Assembly (NCBI GenBank): GCA_964548195.1
Contig: CAZJQC010000015.1
Span: 7,157 to 25,018, forward strand
Length of the DNA: 17,862 nucleotides
Origin: an uncultured bacterium
GTDB lineage: Bacteria; Macinerneyibacteriota; Macinerneyibacteria; Macinerneyibacteriales; DSCS01
Direction: 5' to 3'
In this document: positions 17,108 through 17,862 of the stretch, one piece after another
Position numbering within the stretch: the stretch's first letter is position 1
Layout of the letters: each line of letters begins with the position of its first letter
Program-made: the position numbers and the translations under genes
Notes under the pieces: model-generated
Told to the model about the DNA's origin: nothing
What the model saw: only the letters and a program-made list of their open reading frames with translations
Database searches by the model: none

Positions 17108-17862
17108 TAGGCCGCAAAGGCGCAGTCCTGCTGAATGTTATCGTGTTCATGATCATAGGGCTCTTTATACTGACAGGCTATTTTCTGCGCAGTTATTATC
17201 AGGCCCAGCGGGCGCAGAACGAGATAGAACGGACCATTCTCCGCTATACGCTTGAAGGCGACCTTCAGCGCGCCATCGCATTGGTCAAATCAAGCGGGCG
17301 CAAGGACCTCACCGACTCTACGTCATTTCCCAATCAGGCCATGTGGCTCACACCGGGACTGACGGTGGAAGTAAAGGAGTTTACAAACTGGGACGGTTAT
17401 GTGGTGACCGGAAGCGAACTTTTGAATGAGGCCAATGCCGCAGACCCCATTATTTCGGATGATTACCCGGTGAGCATACGGGTGATATCCTCCGTTTTCG
17501 GAATGGAGCTTGAATATATCATACCCGCACCGACAGGGGGCGAAGCGTTCACATTATATGCCCATGATGACCTGATACTTGACGGCACTCCCAACTGGTA
17601 TCCCTACTATTCAACCGATTACGCCTATTATATAAACGATTACTGGACTACGACCAACGATGTGCGCGTGGAAAACGCGATCGTCAAGTATAACAACGGC
17701 CTTACGGGAGAGACCGCATATAAGTTCGGCACGGGCTCAGACCCCGTGCAGGGTACCCTTGACCTCCCGTTTTACCTGGCGGGCAGCCAGAGCGATTTCA
17801 ATACATGGCTTCAGTCACTGGTGACAAACGGCACTGTCATGCCCGAAGGCGACTATTATTCC
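17104..17862 (+). CDS. PilX/GspK-like minor pilin, 3'-partial (at least 253 aa)
   Basis: Open to the end of the window: MIGRKG|AVLLNVIVFMIIGLFILTGYFLRSYYQAQRAQNEIERTILRYTLEGDLQRAIALVK... It lacks Glu+5, as PilX/GspK proteins do. GGAGG at 17094-17098 and ATGA overlap. Not in the ORF track. Confidence 0.78.
   Translation, partial: MIGRKGAVLLNVIVFMIIGLFILTGYFLRSYYQAQRAQNEIERTILRYTLEGDLQRAIALVKSSGRKDLTDSTSFPNQAMWLTPGLTVEVKEFTNWDGYVVTGSELLNEANAADPIISDDYPVSIRVISSVFGMELEYIIPAPTGGEAFTLYAHDDLILDGTPNWYPYYSTDYAYYINDYWTTTNDVRVENAIVKYNNGLTGETAYKFGTGSDPVQGTLDLPFYLAGSQSDFNTWLQSLVTNGTVMPEGDYYS

Overview
Bacterial chromosomal window, mostly core genes. In order: the 3' end of a K/E-rich hypothetical gene; an HD-domain hydrolase, prmA-like methyltransferase and lon operon; an etfB-etfA-acyl-CoA dehydrogenase operon ending in a terminator; an exported alpha/beta hydrolase; asnS; two minus-strand envelope genes (beta-propeller protein and TPR lipoprotein); lipB-lipA converging on a Sir2/CobB-family sirtuin; and the start of a minor type IV pilin/pseudopilin cluster (PilV/PilW/PilX-like) whose third gene runs off the window and is absent from the ORF track. 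I found no RNA genes, CRISPR array or mobile element, and no clear new multi-gene system. The most interesting signals are regulatory. (1) Four genes appear leaderless, with a sigma70 -10 box 5-7 nt before the ATG and no clear Shine-Dalgarno. (2) A CG-centred LacI-type operator-like motif occurs at the etf promoter and again as an orphan site in the convergent gap after asnS, next to an antisense-pointing promoter. (3) lipBA sits next to a sirtuin, a family that includes lipoamidases. All protein calls come from motif recognition by eye; no searches were run.
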